Shown in pieces: positions 1 to 11,884 of a DNA stretch of 64,000 nt (position 1 is its first letter; each line of letters begins with the position of its first letter). The DNA is taken from assembly GCA_045837725.1 (NCBI GenBank), contig JBEWZL010000103.1, forward strand, positions 1 through 64,000, in the 5' to 3' direction. A model generated the notes under the pieces. That model did not search any database. It was not told the DNA's origin and saw only the letters and a program-made list of their open reading frames with translations. This DNA comes from Vermamoeba vermiformis (taxonomy: Eukaryota). Made by a program: the position numbers and the translations under genes.

Positions 1-893
1 AAAGAGCTTTTCTAACGGATCTTTAAGCGCTGGTCGAGGAGCGCATAATTTGTAAATAAATATATAACAATATTAATATAACTTACTTGGTTTCGTTATC
101 GCGGGCAAACGATTTAGACAGGGAATACGCCGAAAGAGACAACAGCACCGGATCTGCACTCCAATCACGAAGAGCGTAGCGAGCAATATTTGATGAACCA
201 CTACAATGAATTAAAATACTGTTTATACTATATCTTATCGTAATCGCGGCGTACATTCGCCACCAAAAAAAATGTCAGATGCCACTTGATCATGCTCGAT
301 TAACGAAAAATCTGTTCGCGTATCTTATTATTGTTTCAATTAAATTATTATTATCTTAAATTTAGAATGTATACAGACCTGGATGAAGCATAATACAAGT
401 ACGTGTCATCCGCCACAACGCCAAACACTCCTTTCAAAGCTGACGCTAATTTTGGGTTTGTTACGTGTTGTTGATTATTAAGAATATTTAATGTATTAAA
501 ATCATAAGCTGCTAGTTTCGGATTTGACGACTCTCCATCCGCAACAATTATTCTGGACCATACTGGGTCATAATAAGGCGCTGTCGGTGTAAATGTGCCA
601 GTATCAAATGCTTTAATTCTAACGCTGCCATTATCTCCCGCATTGAAGCCAGTTGAATTGAGCAAGTTTCTTGATGCAAGATCAAACACGACAAATCCGC
701 TCTTTGTTGTTAAAATAAACGTGTCTTCTTGTATACAAGAGCTAGAAAATGCACCAATTTGTGAATATGTCGTAGAATCAAATATATAGGACCCTGCATA
801 AGCTGAACTCGTCGTCAAAACTTTACCGATCGTTGGCGAGATCAACAAGCAAGGTATTAATATCAATACAAGATAGCGACTATTGAATGCCAT
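1..893 (-). CDS. Secreted/surface protein of unknown function, multi-exon, 3' end outside window
   Basis: ATG at 893 gives MAFNSRYLVLILIPCLLISPTIG (signal-peptide-like) followed by beta-strand-rich sequence. Donor-like GT near 378 and further small exons toward position 1. Confidence 0.6.
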
Positions 894-1000
894 TGTGGCG
901 CAGTCAAAACTAATAAAATAAGTGGTCGCTCCGCACAAAATCAGTTGTGAGGCCGAATTTTCTTCCACAACAAAGATTTGTGATCTTGAAACACAACGAA

Positions 1001-1947
1001 ATGGAGAGCAATAAACAAGCAGAATATGATCGCAAAGATCGAAAGCGGCTAAATTCGACGATAAACAAGGTCGACAAATTCGTATCAAGTCTTTCAACGA
1101 TCTTGATTTTTCAGTGCAACAATGTGGGCTCATTTCAATTGCAACGAATACGAAAATTATTAAGAGGAGAAGCTGAAATTGTGCGTGGCAAAGTCGTAAG
1201 TAAATTGAAACGCTCGATCTTGTGAAACCGTTAAGAAAAATTAAATGTAACTCTGTATTATTGAGATATACATATTCATACAGCCGAAATGTTAGTATTC
1301 TTATTACTCGTAATTTTAAAATTAATTAATAATTTTAGACTCACCTACGAACGGCAATTCAACACCAACTTGCAGCACATCCAGAACTTAAACCATTACT
1401 TAAGCATATTAAAGGCGAAGTAGGCCTCGTATTTACTAATATGGATATATGGTACATTAAGGATAAGCTAGAAGCCGAAACAGTTCAATGTGAAGCGAAG
1501 TTAAATTCTCGCGCACCAACAGATATTATCGTTCCAATGGGCGAAACGGATCTAAACCCAGGTCAAACCGGCTATTTTGCAGCCCTAAATATACCAACTA
1601 AAATAATGAAGGGCAAGATATATTTTATTCGCGACAATCTCTTGTTCAAAAAAGGCGATCTGATCACTGGATCCGCTTACAACCTACTATGCAATTTGAA
1701 ATTCAAACCAATCACGAAACGAGTAACAGCAACACATGCATATATTAATGGCGTTATAATTGATGAAAAAACGCTCAATGAAGTGCCACAAAGGCTCGAC
1801 AAGTCATTACACGATGGCATCCAAAACGTTGCATCAATTTCAGTCGCAATTGGCGCAGCGAATAAGTCATCGATGATGTATATACTTCATAGTGGATTGT
1901 TGAACATTAAAGCCGTGTCGATCGCACTAACGGATCCGTCCACCTGA
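1001..1947 (+). CDS. Divergent 60S acidic ribosomal protein P0 (uL10)-like paralog 1, C-terminally truncated; exons 1001-1195, 1339-1947 (267 aa)
   Basis: Spliced ORF is intact (GTC|gtaagt...ttttag|ACT). NNVGSFQLQRIRKLLRG, LLKHIKGEVGLVFT and GIQNVASISVAIG align to P0 motifs NVGSKQMQQIRMSLRG, LLPHIRGNVGFVFT and GVRNVASVCLQIG. Confidence 0.88.
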
Positions 1948-2036
1948 TCCAAATAAAACCCGGTTTTATGATCGAGTTAGAAAACGCATTCTTTTGGGCT
2001 AATTGATTAAAACATTGAATATGTTCCCAATTATGA

Positions 2037-2089
2037 GCCACGCGGCTAATTATGAGACGGACTAGACAAAGTGTGATTCGTCCCTTGTC
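2037..2089 (+). promoter_or_regulatory. Conserved upstream element of P0-like copies 2-4 with CACGYG core (also 3174-3215 and 4302-4343)
   Basis: GCCACGCGGCTAATTATGAGACGGACTAGACAAAGTGTGATTC recurs with variation about 50-100 nt before the ATG of copies 2, 3 and 4. Copy 4 has the perfect palindrome AGCCACGTGGCT. Function is inferred; it may simply be co-duplicated DNA. Confidence 0.3.
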
Positions 2090-2139
2090 TCGACGAATAA
2101 AAAAAATTAGAAAAAGATTAGAATTAAAGAATAATCACG

Positions 2140-3094
2140 ATGGAGAGCAATAAACAAGCAGAATATGATCGAAAAGATCACGAACGATTGAAAAAAGCAA
2201 TTGATAAAGTTGAAAAATTGTGTATCAATTCAACAATCCTCGTTCTTCAATGTAGCTTAGTTGGCTCACTTCATCTCCAAAAAATACGAAAAATATTAAG
2301 AGGAGAAGCAGATATCGTTCGAGGAAAAGTCGTAAGTAACAGTTTTGTCGCGATCTAAATTAACATTCGGATTCTGTTTTGAATTTTATGAAGCGTGGCT
2401 TTAATTATTAATTAAGCGATAAAATACGTTTTATCGGTCTTAAATATTCTCCCATATTAATTAAAATTATTAGGCGCACTTACGAACGGCAATTCAGCAC
2501 CAACTTTCAGCACATCCAAAACTCAAACCGTTACTCCAATATATTCGTGGTGAAATAGGCCTATTATTCACTAATATGGACATATTGTATATCAAAAAGA
2601 AGATAGAAAGTGAAATAACATTTACTGCAGCAAGATTTAATTCTCGTGCAACCAATGACATAATTATTCCTGAAGGCGATACGGGCCTAGAACCGACTCG
2701 AACCGAGCATTTTTCAGTGCTTAATGTACCAACGAAGATAGCACAATCAAGAATATACATTATACATGATATTCTTGTGTACAAGAAAGGCGATCTAATC
2801 GATATGATCGGATTCAAACTTTTGCGCAATTTAAAGCTGAAACCGATCAGAACACAAGTCAAAGTAGGATATGCATATTATAACGGACGTATAGACGATG
2901 AAAAAACCCTCAATGAAGCGCAGCAACGGCTCGACAATTCGTTACACGATGGCATCCGAAACATTGCATCAATTTCAGTCGCAATTGGCGCAGCGAATAA
3001 GTCATCAATGATGTATATACTTCGTAGTGGATTGATGAACGTTAAAGCTGTGTCGATTGCATTGACGCAGGATCTGTCAACGGATCCAAAATAA
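2140..3094 (+). CDS. uL10/P0-like paralog 2, truncated; exons 2140-2331, 2474-3094 (270 aa)
   Basis: Intact spliced ORF with the same intron position and P0 motifs. Ends ...SIALTQDLSTDPK* with no acidic tail. Confidence 0.88.
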
Positions 3095-3266
3095 AGCTAG
3101 CTATTACGATCAAGTTCGAAAATGCAATTTGCTAATTGATTAATAAATTAATAAGGAATAGTCCAATAATGAAGCACGTGGTTAATTATGAGACGGACTA
3201 GACAAAGTGTGATTCCTTCAGACGAAAATAAAATTAGAAAAAGGTTAGAATTCATTTATTTTCACG

Positions 3267-4218
3267 ATGGCGAGCAATAAACAAGCAGAATATGATCGAA
3301 AAGATCGCGAACGGTTGAAAAAAGCAATTGATAAGGTGGAAAAATTAATCCAAAGTAATTCAGTAATCCTCGTTCTTCAATGTAGTTTAGTAAGCTCATT
3401 TCATCTCCAAAAGATACGAAAAATATTAAGAGGAGAAGCAGATATCGTTCGAGGCAAAGTTGTAAGTGACATTTTTGTCGTGATCTAAATTAAAAGAAAT
3501 TTTGAATTTAATGAAGCGTGGCTTTATTTAACTAATCGGCCATAGAAATACGTTTTATCGGTCTTAAATATTCTCCGAAATAAATTAAATTTATTAGGCG
3601 CATTTACGAACGGCAATTCAACACCAACTTTCAGCACATCCAAAACTCAAACCGTTACTTCAATATATTCGAGGCGAAATAGGCCTATTATTCAGTAATA
3701 TGGATATATTGTATATCAAGAAGAAGATAGAAAGCGAAATAACATTTACTGCAGCAAGATTTAATTCTCGTGCAACCAATGACATTATTATTCCTGAAGG
3801 CGATACGGGCCTAGAACCGACTCGAACCGAGCATTTTTCAGTACTCAATGTACCAACGAAGATAGCACAATCAAGAATATACATTATAAAGGATATTCTT
3901 GTGTACAAGAAAGGCGATCTAATCGATATGATCGGATTCAAACTTTTGCGCAATTTGGGGTTGAAACCGATCATTACACAAGTCAAAGTACTATATGCAT
4001 ATTACAACGGACGTATATACGACGAAAAAACCCTCGATGAAGCACAGCAACGGCTCGAAAAGTCGTTACACGATGGCATCCAAAACATTGCATCAATTTC
4101 AGTCGCAATTGGCGCAGCGAATAAGTCATCGATGATGTATATACTTCATAGTGGATTGATGAACGTTAAAGCCGCGTCGATTGCATTGAAGCAGAATCTG
4201 TCAACGGATCCAAAATAA
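3267..4218 (+). CDS. uL10/P0-like paralog 3, truncated; exons 3267-3461, 3598-4218 (271 aa)
   Basis: Intact spliced ORF, exon 2 nearly identical to copy 2. Confidence 0.88.
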
Positions 4219-4388
4219 AGCTAGCTATTACGGTCAAGTTAGAAAATGAATTATTTTGCGCTATTTCATTAATAAATTAATAAGGAATAGTCCAATAATG
4301 AAGCCACGTGGCTAATTAGACAACGTGCCATTCGTCCCTTGTCCGCGAAAAAAAATTAGAAAAAGGTTAGAATCCATTTATATTCACG

Positions 4389-5356
4389 ATGGCGAGCAAC
4401 AAACAAGCAGAATATGATCGAAAAGATCGTGAGCGATTGAAAAAAGCAATTGATAAAGTTGAAAAGTTGATCCAAAGCAATTCAATAATCCTCGTTCTTC
4501 AATGTGGTGTAGTTGGTTCATTTCATCTCCAAAAAATACGAAAAATACTAAGAGGAGAAGCAGACATCGTTCGAGGAAAAGTCGTAAGTGACAGTTTTGT
4601 CGGGATCTAAATTAAAGAATTTTGAATTTAATGAAGCGTGGCTTTATTTAACTAATCAGCCATAGAAATACGTTTTATCGGTCTTAAATATTTTCCCATA
4701 TTAATTAAATTTATTAGGCCCATTTACGAACGGCAATTCAGCACCAACTTTCAGCACATCCAAAACTCAAACCGTTACTTCAATATATCCGGGGAGAAAT
4801 AGGCCTATTATTCACTAATATGGATATATTGTATATCAAAACGAAGATAGAAAGCGAAATTACCTTTACTGGAGCAAGATTTAATTCTCGTGCAGCCAAT
4901 GACATTATTATTCCTGAAGGGCTAACGATTCTAAACGCAGGAGCCGATTACTCTTTTTCGATACTCAATATACCAACAAAGGTATTACGAGAAAAAATAT
5001 ATATTTGTAATGATTGTCTTCTCTACAAGAAAGGCGATCTGATAGACATGTACGGATTCAAACTTTTACGCGGTTTGATGATGAAACCGATCATTACACA
5101 AGTCAAAGTACTATACGCATATTACAACGGACATATAGACGATGAAAAAAATCTCAATGAAGCACAACAAAGGGTTGACAAGTCGTTACACGATGGCATC
5201 CAGAACGTTGCCTCAATTTCAGTCGCAATTGGCGCAGCGAATAAGTCGTCAATGATGTATATACTTCATAGTGGATTAAGAAACGTACGAGCTGTGTCAC
5301 TCGGAATGGAGGAGACGCGTACCGAATTATTTTCTAACCAATCCGTTGAAAAATAA
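4389..5356 (+). CDS. uL10/P0-like paralog 4, truncated; exons 4389-4583, 4718-5356 (277 aa)
   Basis: Intact spliced ORF. 5' part resembles copies 2/3, 3' end resembles copy 5. Confidence 0.88.
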
Positions 5357-5506
5357 ATCTATACCCGTAAAATGCTCTTTGATATGGAAAAAAATCCTAA
5401 TTTACCATTTACGCGCTTAAACTAGCATCGTTTGTTGTGGCATGGAATTAATTGAGAACATAACTGCCTGAAAATTAAGATTTTACTGTTTTGACTCAAT
5501 ACCACA

Positions 5507-6451
5507 ATGGAGAACGATATCAACGCAGAACTTGAGCGAAAAGATAAAGAACGATTGGATGCAGCAATTAAGAAAATTGATAAATTGCTACCGAGTCTTT
5601 CAAATATTTTGATTATTCACTGCAGCGATATTGGTTCATTTCAAATGCAAAAAATACGAAAATTATTAAGAGGAGAAGCTGAAATAGTGCGAGGCAAAGT
5701 TGTAAGTTTATAACGAATTCTGATCGAGCTCGAAATTTTAAATTTTGTTTTAATTTGAAGACTTTTATCAAGCTCCTTTAAGCCCCTTACCCTATTAAAT
5801 ATTAATGATTTTATTTAAATATTTTAGACTCACCTACGAACCGCAATTCGACGCCATCTTTCAGCACATCCGGAACTTAAACCGTTACTCCAACACATTA
5901 AAGGCGAAATTGGCTTAGTATTTACTAATATGGACGTATTCTATATTAAAACCAAGATCGAATCTGAAACAGTCGCCAGCGAAGCTAAACCAAAATCACA
6001 TGCACCTTGCGACATAATAATTCCTGGTGGAGAAACGGTTCTGGATCCGGCCAAGACCACATTTTTCCAAGCATTAGGCGTGAATACGAAGATTATGAAA
6101 GGCTTAATTTATATAACTAGCGATTACACGCTTTTCAAAAAGGGTGATCTGATGACTGCATCCGCTACCAAACTACTACAACTCTTGAATATGAAACCAA
6201 TCACTAAACAAGTCAAAGTACTATACGCATATGTTAATGGCACTATACTCGACGAAAAAATCCTCAACGAAGCACAACAACGGCTCGACAAGTCGTTACA
6301 CGATGGCATCCAGAACGTCGCATCAATTTCAGTCGCAATTGGTGCAGCGAATAAGTCATCGATGATGTATATACTTCATAGTGGATTGAGAAACGTACGA
6401 GCTGTATCACTCGGAATGGAAGAGCCGTGTACCGAAGAACCAAAACAATAA
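5507..6451 (+). CDS. uL10/P0-like paralog 5 (closest to canonical P0), truncated; exons 5507-5701, 5828-6451 (272 aa)
   Basis: APCDIIIPGGETVLDPAKTTFFQALGVNTKIMKG matches P0 [34 protein letters not shown]. Ends SLGMEEPCTEEPKQ*. Confidence 0.9.
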
Positions 6452-6692
6452 TTGTTTCGTGCATCTGACTGTATTAAACTAACAATTATTCTTCTTATGA
6501 CATATGACTTAATTCCTCGCCAGAAATTTGGTCAGACTCCATATAATTTCATTTCCTGCAGATTAGCAAACTACTCCGATACTTGCAAAAGAATGGAAGA
6601 AGCAGAGAATAGGAGTTTCATATTACTTTAATATTTGCCTTTAAACTGATGAAAATATTGAACTGAAGTTGAATCCATGTTCAAAATTAATT

Positions 6693-8255
6693 TTATTTCT
6701 TTTCAAGCGCCATTTTTCTGCCGAGCTCGGTCAACAAGCCTTCATCGTCAAGAGCACCTAATTCGTGTAGCGTGTGAAGTGCAGATAGCAAATTAGTCGC
6801 GTTAGGCGCATCAATGAAGTCAAAATCGAGCAAGTCGTTGATGCCAACAGTCTTCAAAATCAAAGCTGCATGAGTCAAGTTGACACGCTGGATCTCGAAC
6901 ACCGGAGATTCAAGCAGTTCGTTCTGATACGCTGAGCCTGTATATAGTCGATAGCACTCGCCGGGTCCTTTACGACCAGCACGACTGGCTCGTTGTATAG
7001 CCGTGGCCTTGCTGACGGGGGCAACGAGAAGTTCGTCCTTTTGAGTCAGCGAGTTGTAGACCTTGTGTTTGACGAAGCCTGAATCCACCACATATGAAAT
7101 TCCGTCGATTAAAACCGATGACTCTGATGCACTGGCGGCAAGCACAACCTTTCTGGATCCATGCGGGGCTGGTTGGAAGATATCGGGCTGCATTTCCAAC
7201 GGCAATAATGAGTGGATCGGCAAGACTGTGAGTTCGGGAACATTTTCTCCTAGAGCCTTTGCGCGTTGCGCTAAACTCTGGGATGCAGTATCGACTTCTT
7301 TTTGATCGGCTAAGAAGACTAGAATATCACCTGGTGGCCGTGTCAAATGGATCTGAAGAACAGTGATCAATGCCGCTTCAACTGGGTTCTCTTCTGGCTC
7401 TTTGGTATAAAATATATTTACAGGAAATGCTCTACCAGGAATAGCGAACATTGGACTCGAGTCGAAGTACTTTGAGAATTTTTCTGCTGCACCTGTCGTG
7501 TTGGATGTGATAATCAACTTCAAGTCTGTGCGCTTTGTACAAGCTCTCTTCAGCAGTCCAATTAATAAATCTGTATTAACCGTACGCTCTTGTGCTTCAT
7601 CAAGGATAACAACGCTGTACTGTTTGAGATCCGGATCTGCCAAAAATTCTCCGAGAAGTACTCTGTCAGTCATGTACTTGATCTTGGTTTGATCTGACGT
7701 GCAATCTTCTAATCGTATTGAATAGCCTACTTCTTCTCCAAGACGGCAGCCAAATTCTTCGGCGACACGATTGGCTGATGACACCGCAGAGATACAACGA
7801 GGTTGCGTGCAAGCGATTTTGCCGAATAAAGTGTAACCAGCCTCTGCCAAGTACTGTGTGAGTTGAGTGGTCTTGCCGGATCCAACTTCACCGAAAACGA
7901 TCAAGATCTGGTTCTCTTGAACGGCTTTGAGGAGGTCTTCTTTGAAGCGAAAGATTGGTAACGACTCCTGGTGTTCTTTAAATGATTTTTGTGGTGCTAA
8001 TGGTTCTTCTTCTGGTTTTAAAATAGCTTTCAGATGATTGACAAGTTGAAGAAGATTTTTTGAATATTGTTCTGAAAAATCGAATCCGTGCTCTACTAAT
8101 GCTGTTTGGAACTGTTCTATCGCTGAATTTTGCTCAGCCAAATTAATAAGTAATTCTGCCTTGCTCTTGTCTACAAAACCCAACTGATTCTCGAGTTCGT
8201 CGAAGATCGCTGACACTAGAGACAATTGCGGAAGCTTTTGGACTGTCTCCATCAT
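6693..8255 (-). CDS. Intronless, truncated Prp22/DHX8-like DEAH helicase with degenerate motifs
   Basis: N-terminus [27 protein letters not shown] resembles the DHX8 N-terminus. Core has [51 protein letters not shown] and QRASRAGR. Stops right after LTELGRKMA. Confidence 0.85.
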   Translation of the reverse strand: MMETVQKLPQLSLVSAIFDELENQLGFVDKSKAELLINLAEQNSAIEQFQTALVEHGFDFSEQYSKNLLQLVNHLKAILKPEEEPLAPQKSFKEHQESLPIFRFKEDLLKAVQENQILIVFGEVGSGKTTQLTQYLAEAGYTLFGKIACTQPRCISAVSSANRVAEEFGCRLGEEVGYSIRLEDCTSDQTKIKYMTDRVLLGEFLADPDLKQYSVVILDEAQERTVNTDLLIGLLKRACTKRTDLKLIITSNTTGAAEKFSKYFDSSPMFAIPGRAFPVNIFYTKEPEENPVEAALITVLQIHLTRPPGDILVFLADQKEVDTASQSLAQRAKALGENVPELTVLPIHSLLPLEMQPDIFQPAPHGSRKVVLAASASESSVLIDGISYVVDSGFVKHKVYNSLTQKDELLVAPVSKATAIQRASRAGRKGPGECYRLYTGSAYQNELLESPVFEIQRVNLTHAALILKTVGINDLLDFDFIDAPNATNLLSALHTLHELGALDDEGLLTELGRKMALEKK

Positions 8256-8395
8256 TAAATCATATAATAACTAATGTGGTGTTGATGGTAAGGATTTGAG
8301 TGCCATGAGCAAGCATTTTTGAATTTATTCTGGCGTCGCTTGATTGTTCTGTGCGCATTCAAAAACAAATGTCAAAATAATTATTTGCGCTAGCT

Positions 8396-9684
8396 ATGCC
8401 AAGAGCTGCTACGAAGTTTAAGCTCTTATTATTAGCTGGCTGCCTTGTATTTGTTTGCTTGTATTTTCTGCAGATCGGCATAAACGCAAATCCGACAGTT
8501 CCAAACTACACAGAACCCGTTACAGTTCCTCAAAAATATTCAAATGCTTCATGGACATTAGTCATTGGTGTTGTATTAAAAGCAAGCAATTTTGAACGAA
8601 GAAATGACATCCGAAAATCGTTTATCAATTTTTATGAAGATGTATACTGTCCCTATTGCGAAAAGAGTCGACATAATAGTCCAAAAGTAACAATTATAAA
8701 ACTTTACCATAACCGGTTATTAATATAAATTAATAGGTGCGAGTATTCTTTTTTATTGGACACGAAGAAAAATGGTTTGGCGACGCGAAACTTGAAGAGG
8801 CAATTCGTGAAGAGCAACGAAAATATGATGACGTAGTATATTTAGAGCATATTAAGGAAAATATGGATGAAGGCAAGACGTTTGACATGTTCAGCTGGAT
8901 CGCGAAAAATCTGAACTCGCAATACGTAATGAAAGCAGACGATGACAGCTATATTATCATCCCCAATATACTTAAAAGACTATCAGAGGTCGAGAATATG
9001 TTCTCCTCGCCAGGTAAACGTCGATCTCGGCAACAAAAAATTGGACGGTTTTCCGACCATTTTGAAGCTATTTCTAACGCTTATTTCGATAGATTATGGA
9101 GTTTACTATGGATACATATTGAATCCGGGAATTTCTAAAGTATCCGGCTCATTTATGGCTGGCATGGGGTATGTTAATCCTCATTCTATTGTTTTGTCAA
9201 TTCTAACTTTGCCACCATCTAATAGATACATTATGAGTCGCGATATCCTGAATTATATTACCACTACTAAAGACGTCAATAAGATTGGGTTTGAAGATCA
9301 CGTTGTTGCGGATGCAGTTCATCAGTACGTCAATGCAAGTACGTCATCGTATACAGGCTATTCTTTACTGAAAATATTTAATAACGCCAATTAATTAATC
9401 TGAATAATCAGACGTAGAAGCTAAGAACAACAAGAAAGTCGTTTTCATTGGCGATCGCATCCGCTTTCATGATTTTCCTTCGTACAAAGGACCAGTCTCG
9501 TGGGAATTAAGCTGTAATGATATTGTTATACATCAACTCAAGTCCGATTCGCATTACCAAACGACGCATTCTTACTTCTCAAACTGCTGTTCGAACAACG
9601 AAGCAGATCTGCCGTCAATTTGTAAAGACCCACCGAAAAGCAAAACCACTTGTAGCAATGGAAAATATGGAAGAGATTGCATGA
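8396..9684 (+). CDS. Glycosyltransferase family 31 (beta-1,3-galactosyltransferase-like), type II membrane, about 5 exons
   Basis: N-terminal TM segment; ERRNDIRKS, VRVFFFIG, EEQRKYDD, ENMDEGKT, YVMKADDDSY (DxD), FMAGMGY and FEDHVV motifs. Final exon ends at TGA 9682-9684. Confidence 0.85.
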
Positions 9685-9973
9685 AAGAAATGTATATTCG
9701 TATCGAAGTTGAGCCGGGTTATGAGTACATCGATGACTGTAAATACGATTCAAAATAAAATTGATGTAAAATGAGGTAAACTCGCATAAATCGAGGTTCA
9801 ATTACATCTATAGTAATAATTTATCGATATATTGTCATTCTATCTTAGCTAGTGCACGGATCTAAGCAAGAAATGTTCAATCATTTTTTATTTGGACTAA
9901 AGATCGGGTCTATAGTCCACAATATTCAAAATTTTTACGCAAGATGTTTGAAATTAAAAAAACAAACAGAAAT

Positions 9974-11884
9974 TTACAAGAGAGATTTACCGTGAGCAGT
10001 CAAGATCAGATCGACGCCCAATGCAACGGTCTTATTGACTTCTCCGCCCAAGTAACCTCCAATATCGCAACGAATAGTCTCAGGAGTCTCCTTCGGGTTA
10101 ATCTCGACGAGATCCATCGACATGAGCTTGCCGGTAGCAACGAGTTCTTCGATCAAATACCGGCTTTCACGTACAGTCAAACCGCCCATAACTTTAGTAC
10201 CTATAATTAGCCGACAGTGTTAATACGTGGACGAAGAATTATAGTGTTAAAAGAATACTGATCCGAGATCCAAACGTGCAGATCTCGATCCATCCGCAAC
10301 AAATTTTGTTCTTTTCAGCTGCGAGAGTTTAAAACGAATCATAATACATACCGGTGCTGGGAGCATAATAAGGATCAATGCCATCAATATCAAAGCTCAA
10401 GTGAATAGGACGATCGCGCCGCGGGTTGACGTGATCCAAAGCTTGCTTAATAACTTCAGGCATGCCCAATTTATCCACTTCTGTCATTGAGAACGCTTTG
10501 ATATTTAATTTCTTTAAGATCTTCTTCTCGCCTTCATCAACATCACGCAAGCCAATGAAAACCTAGATAGTCCGGTTAATTCTTTCCATAAAAATAGCGT
10601 CCAACTAAGGACTATAAATAGAAACGCAATCTTAAGAGCCAATTTAATTCTTCTTGCAAATAAGATCATGCAAAGCACAAGAAAATTAACACGTGCAAAA
10701 ACTTGTCGAGCGCACTCTATGAAAAATCGAATAAAAAGTTCGCAGAGAATTGGCATAATAATTGATTTTATGACTATATGCGCTATTATTAAGCGCTAAT
10801 AATATGCTGCTCGTGGCAATCTCAATAAATTTTTCCACGCGCAGTTGTGTTTTTTGAGACTACAACACATTTAGAATCAAATTAATCGAAAAAAAATATC
10901 GATTTTCCCAATGATTATTATAAATTATTATATTAACAGTACTTACGATGCTATCAGGCTTCAAGCAAGGCTCCAACCAAGATAATCCAGGGACTGATTT
11001 CGCATCGAATTCTCCGACCAAACCGGCCACAGGCATACCTATATTAAGCGATTATTAACATGAAAAATAATTATTTTGCTTTCCTTCGACAAAATTTTCG
11101 ATCAGATCTTTGACTCACAAAAAATATTCGAAATTAACCCCTGAGGGCATTTTAATTTAATTCAAAGAATGAATTATATGATATATTGAATGATTTCGTT
11201 GAACGAAAATGTTACCGTGGATGTGTCCTGATCCAGAAGTCTCGGGTGTGTTAATATCGGCGTGAGCGTCTACCCAAATAACGCAAGTATCAGGGCGTGC
11301 CTTCATAATGCTATACAAAAGTTTGCGGTGATAAGTAACCGAAATCAACCGACGGATGGAGATCGTAAGCGAACATCCGCAACTCGCTGCTTACCCTGAA
11401 ATAGAACCAAGAGCAATGCTATGGTCTCCTCCAATAATAGTAACTAAGTTGTCACGATCTCGAGCCTAAAAGAGGTGATGAATAAACGCGTCCTTTTGTT
11501 AAAGTAGATGTTGATGCGACTTCAGCTTACATGTTTATAGACTGCATCGTGTATTTTCTTGCATGCGTTAGAGCACTCTTCGGGGCTCATAAGACGCTCT
11601 CCCTAATTTTAGAAATATTTCCATTAATAAAAAAAATTCTGCGGAGCTAATTGCGATCGTTGGATGGGAATTCAATTGCCTTTGCCAACACTTACAGCTT
11701 TTCTCGTAGCTACACCAACAGGAATATCAACGTTTCCTGCATCTTCCACGCGAAAACCTAAAGACTTGATCTTGTCGGCTAATCCGGTCTTGCGGAGCGC
11801 ATCAGGAGCAGTCTCAACACCAGAAAGCTCTTGCCCAAAGGCAGACGGAGCTCCAATAATTACAGACTGTCTTTGAAGTTCCAT
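9974..11884 (-). CDS. Arginase, multi-exon (possible alternative start at 11968)
   Basis: [41 protein letters not shown](M)[16 protein letters not shown] and GGLTVRE...MDLVEINP: full set of Mn-binding ureohydrolase motifs. Confidence 0.95.

Larger units (their letters stand above)
1001..6451 (+). repeat. Tandem array of five ~1.12 kb units, each a two-exon uL10/P0-like gene
   Basis: Start codons at 1001, 2140, 3267, 4389 and 5507 (spacing 1139, 1127, 1122, 1118 nt). Same intron position in every unit, with long shared nucleotide tracts. Confidence 0.97.

Noticed and set aside
1196-1338. Split ORFs in each array unit as frameshifted pseudogenes or two-gene operons
   Set aside because: Each gap is a canonical phase-0 GT-AG intron that restores one continuous frame.
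1001-6451. Array genes as Mrt4 (the naturally tail-less P0 paralog)
   Set aside because: GEIGLLFTN looks Mrt4-like, but VGSxQxQxIRxxLRG, TTFFQALGV and GIQNVASISVAIG are P0-specific, and the last region is absent from Mrt4.
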